Assembly: GCA_963575745.1 (NCBI GenBank)
Contig: CAUYUJ010000037.1
Coordinates: 310,001 to 374,000, forward strand
Reading direction: 5' to 3'
DNA length: 64,000 nt
Source: Prorocentrum cordatum
Taxonomy: Eukaryota
Both the position numbers and the translations under genes were made by a program. Of the stretch, positions 39,601-53,447 are shown piece by piece. The first letter of the stretch is position 1; every line of letters starts with the position of its first letter. The notes below the pieces were generated by a model. That model saw only the letters and a list, made by a program, of their open reading frames with translations. It was not told the origin of the DNA and did not search any database.

Positions 39601-42600
39601 TCCTTGGTATTTGTCCTTTTGCTGGCCCCTTCCTTCATCTCACCTGCATCGCGATACTTGCAGCTCTCTCTCCTCCGCCTCCTCCTCTTGCTTCTCATCC
39701 TCCGTCCTCGCATGCCTGCTTCTTTCCTGCGCATCGTTATTATCTTCGCCATCATTGCCTCTCGCCCCTCGCACGTTTTGTGGCCTCATTGGGAGCTTCA
39801 CCGAAGGCCCAGGTGGCAGCGCCCGCATGGCGTCCCCGCCCCATTTGGGCACATCCCTCACACGCTTTGTGGCCCCATAAAGTGGGCTCTACATCAGGCT
39901 CCAGTAGCAGCGCCCGCATGGCGGCTCCGCACCATTTCGGCTCGCTCTTTCGGCCCCGCTACTAATAACGACTGAATTCACAACCGCGTATGGTTGGGTC
40001 CTTCGCCAGGCTAGTCATTTTTGGGGGGTTGGTTGGCACGATGCTAAAGCTATCGTTCGGCGAACATCCCCCCTGGATTGTTTCGCGCGGTGCTAAGATA
40101 ACACCGCGGGGGTTCCTAATAACTTCCGCGGGTTATGTCTACGCAGTGTTACTTCTCTTTTTCTCAATGCGGCGCAGCAGCTGCCCATTCAGTAAGACGC
40201 AGCAGTGGTACGAGGGACAGATCATGGTGAAGTGACCGGCGGATAGTGCGAGAGAGGAGAACTCGACTTGAAAGCGGTCCTGTCATCCTGACGCAGCAAG
40301 TACGTCAGGTTTGCCGCATCCCCCTCATCATCTTCCTTTTTCTCTTCCCCATGATCCCCATCTTCGCTCCTCCCATCTGCTTTCCCCTGTGCCCCCTTCC
40401 CGTGCCGATCCTCATCCTCCCAGTCTTCCTCCTCCTTCTCTTCTTCTTCTTCTTCTTCTTCTTCTTGACCTCCTCGTTGTTATGATTCTTGATGACACAG
40501 GTCTCCGCCTCGGCATCGGCTGGCGACACAGCCGCAACAACGCTAGCCGTGTCCATGGGCGGGTCGTGAGGTGTCTGCTCCTCTGCGCGCTTCCTTGCCG
40601 TTCAGCCGTGCGGTATCGCTCCCAGAGTGCTCATGGGCGATAGAAATATCCGCATCCGCGCCCTCGCGCGCCGGGCCCCTGGCCGCGGAGACCCCACCCG
40701 GGACCTATCCGTGCGACCGCGTATCCGCGAGATCGCCCCCGGGAGCCCAGATCGCGAGGGCGCGAATACGGATAGGTTTGCCGCTCGTGAGGTGCGGCGC
40801 GTAGAGCACCGCCGCGGCGGCAGGCGGTGTGTAGAGCTCCCAGGTGGGGGGGACGCGGTATCGTCGAAACCGACGATTGGGATGGGACACCTTTGCATGG
40901 GTACCCTTGTATACTTGCCTCTCCTGCCCATCATTAACCCCTTTCGATGGGCAGCTCCGCCCGAAAAGCTTCGATACGGGCGTCCAAGGGGACTGCATCC
41001 TTGCCGTGCATCCTTGCCATCACTTTTGACTGTCTCGCCGCCGCGGCCGGCGCGCTTGACACGCTGCTGTGGCGGGAGGCGGCCGCGGACCCGCTGCGCA
41101 GAGATCACTGGCGTGGCGGCGCGTGGCGCGCGCGCGCGCGCCACGCGGAGGCCCACCGGCAGGCCGCGCTGGCCCCGCTGCGGAAGCTGGTGGGCGCCTT
41201 TGCGCTGGAGGCGGGCTGCCTGCCGGGGGCCCAGCCTGGGGGGGCAGCGGGACGCTCGCTGGACGGAGGGGGGAGGCCAGAAGAGGAGAAGGCACCGATG
41301 CCGCCACCCTTCCCTCGTCGTCGTGGCTGGGTCCTCCTCGAAATTGTTGGCAGAATGTGCCACAGGAGAGGTCTGGGGAGTAGTGGTATCGATATCTTTT
41401 TGCTCCACCAGGGGGTGGGAGGGGCACGCCCGCCAGTTTCGCTTGGGAGGCCCTGGAGCCTCCTGCCTCGCTTTCTCGTCAGGTTGCTTTGCAACTGCAC
41501 GATGCCACGATGCCCCCTTGCGAGACCGAGTGCCATCGGGTTCTCGGTTACCCCTCCGTGTGCAATCGTGTGCTCGTTCCCAGGGCTATTTCTCAACGCA
41601 TGGCTGGTCAGCAAGCCAGCCCAGCCAGCATACGCGCGGGAGCCGCCCCCAGAGGCCAGGCAGGCTTAGGGTGAGGGCGAATCGTTCCAGAGCGTTGCAA
41701 GTTTCGGTGTTGGAGCCTCCTCCTTCGCTTTTATGCGTGGGAGCCTCCCTCAAGCGAGTTCAAGAGGCCGCGTAGGCCGAGCAGGAGGCAGGCCTGGGAT
41801 GAGGACACATCGTTCCAGAGCTGTCCAGGAAGCTCTTAGGGGATTCCTAGACGCTCCAGAACCGACCGCGGCGCCCGACACATCCTCCAGCCCTGGCAGC
41901 TCTCAGGGGTCCCCAAGTGGTTTCATCTTCCCACTTGGGCGACGCAGAAACACGGGGTCATCTGCGCTGACATTGGCGCGTAAGCTTCCCGCGCAAGGTC
42001 GCGCGTGAGCGCCCTCGTCTCCAATGTGGCGTGCCGCGCCGGCGGCCTGCGTAAGCCGCCGCGTAGGGTCGCCATGTCATGTCGCGTTGGACATGTTTTT
42101 GAATGTCGCTGCTAGAAGGCGCGGGCCTTGTCTGTAGATGTAGGGCTGCGCCTCCTGAGAAGCGGCTTCCTTGTAACGAGTTTTCCCCCGTCCCCCCGGA
42201 CCCCATTGTGCGCGTCGCCAGCTCGAGAGAGAGCGCCGTGGAGCATCAGAGCAAGAGGCCGCGCCAAGGGCCCCCCTCCGAAGCTTGAGCGCGTCGAGCC
42301 TGCGGCCCCCAGCAGGGGGGGGGAGGGGGCGGTGGCCCGCGACCAGGGACTCGGTCGTCGCCCTGCCTTCGCCTGAGAGCAGGAGGCTGCCTCGAGCGAG
42401 GCGCAGCACGCCTCCCGTGCGCCGCTCGGAGGCCTCGCTGGCCCGGCGGCGGCGGGTAAATACTCAGGGTGCAAAGTCGGTCCCCGAGAAGAGGTGGAGG
42501 TTTTGGGGGGCCCACGGCGTGAGAAATCATGACGTCGGGAGTCTGGGGCCACTGTGATTCCACATAGGGGACGCTGAGTCATGAACGAAGGGACTTGCCT

Positions 42601-45600
42601 GGCCACGGCGAGCCTCGGTCGCGAAGAGGTTCTCCCTGGCCCAGGTCCGAGGAGCGGTCTGAGCACCAGAGCCCCTCCTGACCCCGAGGTCCCAAAGCCC
42701 TCTCCCCAGGCCCAGCCTTGCAGCCCGCGGCCGTTCCCTTCACGGCCTCAGGGGGTGCCCGGCGCGGGCCCCGCAGGTGGGCCGAAGAGGGCGAGAAGCC
42801 TCCGCGCTGTTTGGCTCGGCGCGCTGGAGGTCTGGGCGCCCGCAGGCGTGGAGGTCGGCGTCCGCGTGGCCTCTGCGGTTCAGGCCTCCCGCATGGGGTC
42901 CGAGCAGAGGGGGTCGGAGGACCCCTCTCGCCGATGCATCCGCGATATGATGGCGCGATGTGGAGCCCCATTCCCAGGCATGCGGTGCCTTGATCTTTCA
43001 GCGCCGGCCGCCATCCCAAGCCGTTGTTGCTGCGGGACCCGGCGAGGGCCCTCAGGGGCCGAAAATCCAGAGACACCGCCGTCCTGATCGCTTCAGGACG
43101 AGGCATGTCTGGGTGTCCTCGCAGCCGCGCCACCTCACGCTCGTGCATTTCCTCGGCACGCCCGCGATGAAACTCACGTTCTGAGCGGCTCTTGTCCTTC
43201 CCCCGCCTCTTCTCTCCCCGCGCCCCTTCGTGCCCAGGTTGCTCCCGGCGAACCCCGCCCGCGGCCCGACCCGCGCCTGCACCTGCTCCGGCTCGCTTGC
43301 GCCTGCTGACTTGAAAAGTTTGGGTTTCCTCGCACGGGGCTGGGACGAGGACATATCCGTCCCAGAGCGTTCTGAGAAGGCCGCGGCGCCCAGAACATCC
43401 TTTAGAACCGCTGGGCCCCATAGCTTTCCGATCCATCCTCACCCGAGTTCGTCCTCGTCCTGGCTTCGCCTTAGTTCCTCCACGCCGACGTCGCCGATGC
43501 CTCGGCGCTGCCTCGGCGAGGCGGCGCAAAACTCTCCGACCCCTCCGGGCCGCGGCGGCCACCTGCGCCACGGGCCGAGGCCCCGCGGCGGTGGGGCGGC
43601 GGCCGCCGCCGAGCGGCTGCTGTGCAGGAGGGCCGGGGCGCCAGCGGGAGGAGGGGTCGGAGGAGGAAGAGGTACGCAAGCCGCTACCCTCGCCTCGTTT
43701 CCCCCCCTCTTTGGGCCTGCGGGGAGGCTCGCGGCACCACCGCTGGATTCGCTTCGAGGTTGTGGTCAGAACGCGCCCAGGGAGAGGTCCTGGGAGCCTG
43801 GGAGTAGCGGTGTCGGTACCTTTGGGTTTCCCCCAAAGGGGGCATCTGGATTCTAAGGGCTGGGCGACTTTTCGCCCATCGACTTGTCGGGGCCAAGCCG
43901 GATAAGCCCAAGCCCGTGCAGATGAATCGAGCCGAGTCCAGGTAAATCTTGGTAAATCCGAAAATCTCCCGGGATTTTTGGAGTAAATCGTGGCCGCTCA
44001 TGCGCGAGTCGAGGGGCGGCAGGTCTTTAAACCATTAACGACGTTGGCACCCAGAGTTCCAACGTTTAGAAACAATCAACGCGGAGGTCTTCTCCGTTTT
44101 CGGCCCCTGCAGGTTGGCGGGCCTCAGGACCATCAAAAAATGACCCAGCATGGAAAACTGGTACCTGGGAGTGGGTCGAGATTTCAGGGGCCCCGTATTG
44201 AAACAAACACGCGTCGGGTCTCTGGTAGTAGGGTTTGGGATTGCGCACGGACAGGCCCCCCAGGCAGCTCCGGCTGGCCTGAGCAGGCCCCCCGAATGGC
44301 ACGGGACAGTGTCAACCCCCTGGGCCGCTTCCGGCGGCGCCCCTGGGACCCTCCGCGCCCCAGGGTTGGGTTGGACACCGCCCCAGACTACTCGGGGGCC
44401 AGCCGGGACTGTCGGAGGGGGGCTGTCTGTGCGCAACCGAAGGCATCTGGTGAGGCGTTTTTGGTTGTGGCTTGGCTGGAGTCATGGCACGGCACGGCAA
44501 ATTGGTTGCTGCCCGAGGAGTTGGAAGAGCAATTGGCATGGTCCTGTTCAGCATGTTGACCGACGTAGACACACAGAGAGTGGCATAGTTTGCAATTGTT
44601 CTACCAAGGTGTCAATCCGCCTCTGGGGTCGAGGCAATCGCTTTGGATACCGTATTGAGTCACCTGCTTCACACAGTTCTCTCGGGGCATTAGAACGGGC
44701 AGCACAGGGGCGTAGGTTGCACGAGAAGAACAAGACAAGCAATGCTTCAGAAGCGCAGAGCAAAGAGGACATGTATCGAGCATGAACGGCGCAATGCAGG
44801 GTTCCATTTGATCCGACTTATCCGATGTGAAATCGATTGGTGGCTGGATCGACCCGGTTCATCCTGGAGGCCCAGTGTGCAATAGTTGTATTGCCGAGTC
44901 CACACGTCCGCCCCGTACGGAATGGGACGGTGTTCTCGCGGCGATGCTCCGACGTGAGTCTGGCGTAATTTCGATTCGAATCCGATGCACATCTGGCGTA
45001 AACACGAAGTGGATTTGATGCACATTGGGTCTCAAGTTGTCGCGCCAGGCTTGCAGATTTGCCTCATCGATCCCGATCTTCCGACGGTGCGAATCGGACC
45101 GAGGTTTGCATGGCGCTGGGCGCTGTTTGTGCATCTTGGCGGGGCCGATCCGGCTCGATTCCGACTCCGTGCCGATGCGGCCCGATTCGGACCACGCCCC
45201 GACCGGACTCTCGACATCACCCAAACATGCTTGTGCTATGTGACTGTGCGTCGGTCCTCCCAGGGGCGACGCGCTCATATATTGATATATACATAAGTAT
45301 ATATATATATATACATACACAAATCTTTCTATATATATATATATATAAATGTATATGTATATATATATATACATATTATGGATTGTAAGATGTGTGTGTG
45401 TGTGTGCGCCATGTTTCCGGCTCGGACGTGCCCCTCCGAGGGGGGCGCACTCGGTGATGGCATTATATAAGAACCATGGGATGATTAACCCAGGGTCTGG
45501 AGGCCAACGGAGCTCCAAATCGTGGATTGGCCATGGATATCGCCGCCGCTCTCATCAGATCAGGAACACTCCAGGGTCTGAAGCCTCCTGGGCACTCTCC

Positions 45601-45703
45601 TGAACCAACGCCCCCACCGTGCTAGTATGTCCTGCTGCTTCCCCGATCCGACCGAACGATCCCACGCCGACTGACCGCCCCTGCATCGAGTGTCCGCCTC
45701 TCA

Positions 45704-45926
45704 GGGGCAACCTTAGGGGGGGGGGGATGGGCAGTGCCTTTGGGGGTGGGGGCACATCAAACCCCGGTCGCCCATTCGTCGCCGACAGGGGCCCGAGAAC
45801 CCACCCCGCCCAGCACCGTGCGGATTCGCCGTCGGCTGCCAAGCGCCGATCCACTGGCGATGGATCGCCGATTCCAGCTCGATGCTTTTCCCACCTGAGC
45901 CGGTCCCCCCCCTAAACGTTGCCCCA
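45704..45926. mobile_element. Family-B TIR element
   Basis: TIR GGGGCAAC/GTTGCCCC; shares TCGCCGA.AGGGGCCCGA and ATCGCCGATTCCAGCTCGATG with 30477-30684. Confidence 0.7.
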
Positions 45927-46263
45927 CATCGTCTCTCCCTGCAGGTTTGTCCGCCAGGGCCTGGAGGCCATCGTCGCCGCCGCGCTCGTGGACGCGCTGG
46001 GCGCCGTGCGGCAGGTTGCCGTGTGCCTCACCAGCGTCTTGGTGCCTGGATTTAGCCTCCGCTCTCTTTCTGAAAGTTGGTTTGCGGCCGCTAGCGAACC
46101 CTACACCTGCGGGTCCAATCGACGCTGGGGGTATCGGACACCCCCGCTAGCGTTCGCTGGTTTGCATTCGTCCTTCGATTTCTGAGCTTCAGTCGACTTT
46201 TTCAGGAAGCTGATCTTCAGGGGTAGGGCTCACATGTTGCCTATTGTGGCTAGCCGCATGAAG

Positions 46264-46472
46264 TCGCAGAAGAAACCGCCCAAAACATGAGCTTTCGGAT
46301 CTCCGCGCGAATGTCTTGGATCGGTGCTGGGGCCCCCCTGGCGGCGCCTCAGGCGCCGCACCTGGCGCACTCCGAGCGCCAAGGTGGAGGGGCCCATGGC
46401 CGATCCGAGAACTCCGCGCGGAGCTCGGACAGTTTATACTGATGATGCTTCCGCTCCTCCTCTGCGATTCGA
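46264..46472. mobile_element. Family-A MITE
   Basis: Palindromic arms; TSD TGAAG/GGAAG. Confidence 0.78.
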
Positions 46473-48942
46473 GGAAGTTGTGGCCAGCTGCGCACACGCA
46501 TCGGTGTCAAGCGCAAACGGGGTGGTGCGAGGGAAGCGGCCTGCTCAGGAGGTGGGCGGGTTTCCTGGGAGGCGTGGTGGCGTATAAGGAGCAGGGAAGG
46601 CTTCTAAGAGGGCCCCGTTCTCCCAAGCCGCCTTCGTAGAATGCCGCCCCTTGCGTCGCGAGGGGGGGCGGTCTTCTACGAAGGCGGTGGTGTTCTATGG
46701 GTAGAGGGTTCGCTCTCAGGGTGAAGGGTTCGTTCCCCCAGTTGGCATATGACTGGGCAAAGGGTTCGCTCTCCGGTTGAGACCCTCTCGAGCATCTTTC
46801 GTGCTGTGAGGTCTCTCTGGATATCCTTCAAGGTTCCGTGGCCCTTCCCAAGCGCACCAAATAGCACACGAATTTCAGACCACGCGTACCCAAAATGCAC
46901 ACGCCTTTGAACCCCAGAACGCGCTCGAACCCTAGCCACCAAAACAGCCCACGCACGGAACCCCCCCACGCTCAAAAAGTACATTCGCTCAAACCCCAGT
47001 CACCCAGATAGCGACCACACGCTCTCGGAGTGCTGGACTCCTCTGCTGCGCGTCTCGCCCCCCGTGACGGCCCAGTGCGCGCATCTCGCTCCTCGCGACG
47101 GCCCTGGACTTGTGCGCGTGTCTCCGTCTCTCCCTTATCCGCGCCTCTCCGTCATCCAATTCAAACCCTTTTGACCCTCGAGCCCCAATGTCCGATGGCA
47201 TGGAGCAAAGACGACGTGACAGACAGCACGACCAGAGCTAGAGCTCTCACGCCCATCTCTTTGTGCGGCATTGCTGTAGCCAGATCAATGGTCGAAGGTG
47301 TGATGCCAGCGGAAACGCTCTTGACCATTCGACCCCGGATCTGACGGTCCCCCTCCCCTTCTCTCACTCCGTGCACACAAGATGAGGCAATCTGGTTTCC
47401 TCCTCCCTCCTCCCCCTGTGCTAAAGGGGGACAAGGCGGGTTGAAAATGGCCTCTGGGCTCGCCTTGTCTCCAGGTCGCTGCCGCTGCGCGTCCGAGAGA
47501 TTGGCGTGTGCCGCGTTGGCGAGTCGCCTGGAGCTTTGGCGCAGCGATGATATATTCCCAGAGATCCGATGTCTTGTGTTTGTTCCATTCGGTGCCCCTG
47601 GAAGTCCCGACCTCTTGCCCAGGGCGGTTGTTTCATCCCGAGCCGATGCTTCACGGTCATGTGGCCAGGACCCCCAAAGGCCGAAAACGTTGAGAAACGT
47701 CCGCATTGTTTTCTTCAGAAACGTGGAAGGTTTGGATGACGTCGAAGGTCTGTGAAAGCATCGGCGTTTGGTTGTTTCGTCTCTCTTTCTCTCTCCTGGA
47801 TCGCGGGATGTCTCGTTCGCTCGTTCTCTCGCTGAGTCTCTCCTCCTCTAGCTTCCTCCTCCCCCTCGTCGTCGTTCGCGTCGTTGACGATTCGCACCAG
47901 TGTCGCAGGCAGCGTGCCATAGACGACTGTTGAACCATTCAGCCACTCTGCATCTGCTGAGATCCGACGTTGCGAAAAGATGCGACACCTCGACAAATCA
48001 CAACTGAAGCCCTAGATCCCATCTGTGTGCGGCATGTTTCGAGCCAGATCGATTTGTGATGGTCCCGAAGCCCGAAATTCAACGACAACGCCCGGTGCGA
48101 AATCATTGGAATGCCAGGATTTGAGGGGACGTCCACATGTCTCTTCTTTTGCAGAAGCAGCGGCGATCCCAGTCCGATTTTGTCTGGCCCGATTTTGTCC
48201 CGACTTGTCCTGGTATGATGATGTCCCCGTCTTGGCTTCGTCTTAGTTTTAGCTCTGCAGGGAGCTAGCGCTTGACTCTAGCCCACGCGCAAATTCTCTG
48301 GCGGGAAGCATATCCGTATCCGCGGCCTCGCGGTCCGGGCCCCTGGGCCGCGAACCCGCAGATACGAGGCGCTTTTTCGCCCATGCCCTGCGCGGAACGT
48401 AGCCGTGCGACTGCGTGTGCGCGGGATCGCACCCTGGAATCCCCACCGCGCTGGCGCGGATCCGGATCTGGTCGCCGCTCGTGGCAAGTGTTTGAAAAAG
48501 CCGCTCCCTCCGCAACAAATTGCAGCGGCCATCCGATGGGCGCCGCGAGAGCTCCGGAAAACTCTCTCGGACTTTTGCGGAGCGCGCGGGGCCCCAGCCC
48601 ACGCCCATAGCAAGATCTCGCTCTTCCTCTGCAAAAGCAGCGGCCATCCGGTGGGCGCCGCCAGAGCCTCGGGGCCGTGCCCGAGCCTCGAGCGACGCCG
48701 CGGGCTCGGCGGCTGGCCCGGTGGCCTTGGCCCGCGCTCCGCGCCCTGCGCCTCTCCACGCAGCTCTCCGTTCTTGCGGTGGCGACGGCGGTGGCGAGGG
48801 TGAGCATCACGACAGCGACGAGGGCAGCGACAACGAGACGACGGCCAGCGCGGGCAGGGAGAACGCGGAGGACGAGATGCAGTGAGAAGCGTTTGACATA
48901 TATATATATATATATATACACATATATATATGTATATATGTA

Positions 48943-48981
<39 letters not shown>

Positions 48982-49574
48982 CCCTCTTCCTATATTTTTA
49001 TAAGCCCGGGCGGGGGGAAAACCCATCACCCCCCCCCCCAAAAACCGGACTCCCGGGACCTGGGGCTTTGGGGCCCTCCGGACGGGCCTCGAAGCGGCCA
49101 CCGGGCCTCGCAAGGCGTTTTGCCAAGCCTTCCCAGCACACTTGGGGCGATCAGGGGGTCATCGGAGACGTCCCAAAGACCCCCAAGACAGTACAAGAGC
49201 GCTCCAAGAGTGACCGACGTGGCCTCAAGATGGCCCAAGAGGCCTCCAGGACGGCCCCAAAGAGGCCTCCAAGAGCACTCCCAAAAAAGCCCCCCGAGGC
49301 AAAAATTATTGAACTTCTGCGCGTTTTGGTGAATTTGGGGGTTCTCCTCTTTGCGGCTTCCCGACGCTCCAAGACGGCGGTCTTCTGGGCGTCCGAAGCC
49401 GCCTGGGAGGCTCCCAAATCGCCCCACAACCATCCGAAAGGGCTTCCAGGCAGCCCAAGAGAGCCCCAAAACTCGGATTCACAAAGGTGAAGCAAAGTTA
49501 GACTCCCCGCGTCCCCCTCCTCGCATCTTGGCCGCGCACGCGCCGCTTGCCTGCTGCCGTCTTGGGCTCAAGGG

Positions 49575-51487
49575 CGGGAGCCGCCCTCGCAGCCCAGTGC
49601 CGGTTTGGCCGCGCCATAAACGAGGTGCGCCTGAAGAGGCTGGCGCTTTTGAGGGTGTGGAAGCGCGAGTTGCACGAGAAGCAGACGCGTCTGGCGGCGG
49701 CAGCAGACCCTGCCCTCCGGGGGTTTGCCAGTAAACCCACCCTCCTTTTCCTCCGTCTCCTCCGCCTCATCGATTCCCCCGCCGTCGCCTTTTTAGAGGA
49801 GCTGCACAAGGGGTTCCGCGACACCGGCGTACCCGTCGCGTCTGGCATTTTCCCGCCTGTGCCCGAGGCGAAACCAGAGTGGACCGTATAGCAGCTGTTG
49901 GCGCACAGCCAAGGTCGCAACCTTGAGCTCGTCGACAAGTTACGCCGGAGCCACCCTTTTTCGGAAGAGCTCTGGCGCCAGGGCGCGCAGGCTGAGTCGA
50001 CAGGGTCGCTGGGCCCCGCGCGGCCGGTCGAGCATTTTCTTTTTGGAGAGGGCGGAGGGCCGAACGTGGTCTTCTGTAGGAAGTTCCCTGTCCAGCAGCG
50101 GAGGTGGTCTGACGAAGAGGCCGCTGAACCGTCGTTTTCGGTGGAAGTGCGCGCCTGTGTCGACGCCTCCGATTCTCCGGGGGGCTGCTGTTTTAACTTG
50201 GCGTGGACCGCCGCCGAGAAAATCGTCTGCTCGGACAGCGAAGTTATCCTGTCGCAGATGGTGGCCTATCAGCGTGCCTTCGGGGCCCCGCCGGTAGGTT
50301 GCAAGGACGACCTGCGCAAAGCATACCACCAGGTGGGTCGCCGCCGCGACCCTGTTCGGGTGGTACAATTGTTCTGGCACCCACGGAAGAAGCAGGTGGT
50401 AGGGCGCGAGCTGCTTTCGCAAGATTTCGGCACGGGCGGCGCCGTGACGAATGCTAATGTTGTGTTCCGGAGTTTAAGGGACATCCTCAACAGGTGTTTT
50501 TTCGGCAGCGCCGATATTTTTTTCGACGATTTCTGGTCGTGGGAGCCCGCCTGGTGCGCAGCCAGTGCGCGTTTTGTAACTAGGGAGTTTTTGAACACCT
50601 TGGAGTACGGGGTGAACGACGAGAAGTCAAAACACGGGTGTGTAATACCCCTGCTTGGTCTTCTGTTCACCTCCTGCGAGGGGGGCCCGCGCGTCGGCAA
50701 CCGCAGTTGCCGGCGCGAGCCGTTGGCGCAGGAATGCGAAGAGTTGGCCCGCGCCCGCCCGCTGGCAGGCGCCGCGTCGACGTGCGCAGGGAAACTCGTT
50801 TTTGCTTCGCGCGGCCTCCACGGCAAAGCGGGCGCGCACGCCCGGCGACCGCTTTTTGAAGCGCTGGGGAATATGGAGGCAATCCAGAAAGCCGGCACGT
50901 GGCCGCCGCCCGTGCAGGTCGCTTTGCACCTGTGGGCAGCCCTACTGCGCAAAGGCCCGCCGCGCGTTGTACAGCTGCTCCCGACTGGAGCTCCAGTCGC
51001 AGTGCTGTACGGCGACGCAGCCCTAACCTCGAAGCGGGCAGCGGCCCTCCTGGTCGTGCCCAGCCAGAACCTGCGGGTGGGCTTCAGCGTCGTGCTGCCC
51101 CCGCCTGTGCTTGCAACTTTAGGCCCTTGCGAAGAGCACGCCATCAATGGCGCAGAGGCGTGGTGGATCGCAAAATCGTTCGAATTGTGGGGCGACCGGC
51201 TGCGCTCTCACTGTGCGTTCTGTTTTGGGGACAACGCTGCAGCCATCAATGGGTGTATCAAAGGATATGCCAAATCTCCACATGTAGCGTGCGTGGTGGG
51301 GGCCATCCACGAACAGCTGTGTCGATACGACATCAGAGCGTGGTTTGAATATGTACATACTCAGTCGAATCCGCTCGACCAAGCCTCGCGCGAGGACGGC
51401 GAAGCCGCGCTTCGTAGGCTCGGGGCGGAAGTGGTTACTGTATCGCCGACGCTTTCGGCGAACCTTGGCCGCTGCCACGGAGTGTAA
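49575..51487 (+). pseudogene. Pol (RT + RNase H) of YR element 1; in-frame stop at 49889-49891
   Basis: RT: DDLRKAYHQV, QDFGTGGAV, FFDDFW. RNase H: LYGDAA, INGAEA, FGDNAAA, WFEYVHTQSNPLDQASR. Confidence 0.88.
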
Positions 51488-51527
51488 GCCGGCGCGTGTC
51501 CTGCTGTGGGATATATAAAAAAGTGGG

Positions 51528-51558
<31 letters not shown>

Positions 51559-52115
51559 GCGTCGCCTCTCTGCTCCTCCCCCCTTGCCTTCTGCTTCCGC
51601 CCTCCCCCTCCCCTTCCTGCCCCCCCCTGCCCGTCCCTCCCGCCCTTCTCCTCCCGCTTCCCCGTGTCTGCTCCCGCCCTCCCTGCCCCCCCCATCCCCG
51701 GGGGGGGCCGGGTCCGCTCGGCGGGTCTGCCGGCGGTGGGTGGCCCGCAGGTGTCCGCTCGTAGAACTTCTTGCGGTTCCCCCGGCCAGGAGAGGAGGCG
51801 ACCAGAGGTGGCAAGCGTCCGCTCGTACGATTTCCTGCGATTCCTCTGCCAGGAAAAGAGCCGCGGTGAGTCTCAACCGACCGAACTCCTCGCGAGGGCG
51901 CCCGCCGGGGCGGCACGGAAGGGCGAGCGCGGACCCGCCGCCCGCCCCCCCCGTAAAAATCCCTGCGATTCCCCGGGCCAGGAAAGGGGGACGAGGAGGG
52001 AGGACGAGCACGAGACGAGAACGAGGATGAACGATGTGGAGGAGCTCCATGCACACGAGGCTCGCGCAGCCGTCTCGGCTCGCGCGCCCGCTGGCGCGCC
52101 GGCGCCCTCCGGCGC

Positions 52116-53447
52116 ATGAGGAGGAAGCTGCACAGGGTGGGGCCGCGGCTCCCATCGCCCAAGCGGCCGCGCGCCGTCGCGCAGCGGGCCGCCGGGCCAG
52201 GGCGGCAGGCGCCGGCCGCTCCGGCTTCCGACGCGCTCGTCGTTGCGGCCGCCGCGGAGCTTAGCTCGTCCGCCTGCGGCGCCGCGGGGCAGCCCGCGGG
52301 CTCGTCTGGCCAGCTCCGCTGGCCACGGTGGCAGCGGTGGCCCGCTTGGCCACCCGCGCGCTGCCTGTTCGGGCCCCCGCGGGGTGCAGTCTCTTGCAGC
52401 CGCAGCTGCCCCGCAAGGTGCCGCAGCACGGTGGGACACGTATTGGGGCGTCCTCGACTCCATCACCCAAGCAACAGACCGGCGAAATTGGGACATGATG
52501 GTTGTTCTCAGCAGGGACAGGGGGTGTAGCCAGAAACCACCGGACGGGGCACCCCCGCGCGTGGCGTTGACAGCCATGGCTGAGGCCCGCGCGGCCGGCG
52601 CAAACCGCATGGCCGTTGCGGACTCGGTGGTCCAAGAAAGGTTCCTGTGCAAAACGGTTCCGTCCACGCTGCGGACTTACGCATCGCATTTGCGCATGAT
52701 TGCGTGGGCCAGCGAGTTGTTAGGTGAACCCCCGCTGGGGTGCTCCGTGCAGCACGTTCGTAGGGTCGCTGCAATCTGTGCGCGCGCCTCCACACAGCGT
52801 GGGTGGTTGAGCGCATGGGCCCTGGCGCATCAGGTCGCCGCCGGGCGCCCCGGCTACCCAGGCAACGGGTTGACCGACTGCTGCTGCGGCGGTTGCTCCG
52901 CATCGCGCTGTCGCGTCAGCGCAGGTGGTGGTGCGTTATTGCAGCGCTTGCATACAATTTTCTGTTGCGGATGCCATCCGAGCTGTTTGCGCAGTGCACG
53001 CGCGCTCGCGTGCAGGTGCAGGGCGGTCGGTTCGTGTACGGGCCGATCCGCCGGAAGCAGAGGTTCGACTTGTGCACCGTTTTCGCCTTTTGTGCGTGCG
53101 GGGTGGATGAAGGCATCTGCCTTCACACGTGGTTGCCCGTTTGGGATGAGCTCCTCGGGGTCGGGGGCCGCCCGCTCGGCGGATACGCTCCTGAGTCCTG
53201 GACGGCAACGGCAGAGCTCCGGTGCCATTTGCGGGCGGTCGGGGTCGCTAACCCCGAGGCGTGGTTTGGGCACGACGTCCGGCGGGGCGCTGCCGCAGAC
53301 GTTTTTGCTGCGTCAGGCGTGGAAGCCATGCTCGCACGGGTTGGTTGGCGATCGGTGGCATCAGCCCGGCCGTGCGTGTCGGGCGACGAGGTGGCCGCCG
53401 GCCTGCTGGCGCAGGGCGTCGTCGATGACTCCGGCCCCGAGAACTAG
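52116..53447 (+). pseudogene. Tyrosine recombinase of YR element 1, frameshifted
   Basis: PSTLRTYASHLR (N-terminal binding domain), AYNFLLRMPSELF (catalytic R), WFGHDVRRGAA (HxxR) and GWRS..SARPCV, where the expected catalytic Tyr reads Cys (TGC 53373-53375). Confidence 0.82.

Larger units (their letters stand above)
41030..48885 (+). other. Possible scattered exons of an unidentified third gene (e.g. ~41035-41230, 42777-42830, 43500-43672, 45945-46014, 46474-46551, terminal ~48640-48885)
   Basis: Short GC-rich coding-like segments, several bounded by CAG|...|GT, separated by repeat-derived sequence. No family recognised. Confidence 0.25.
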
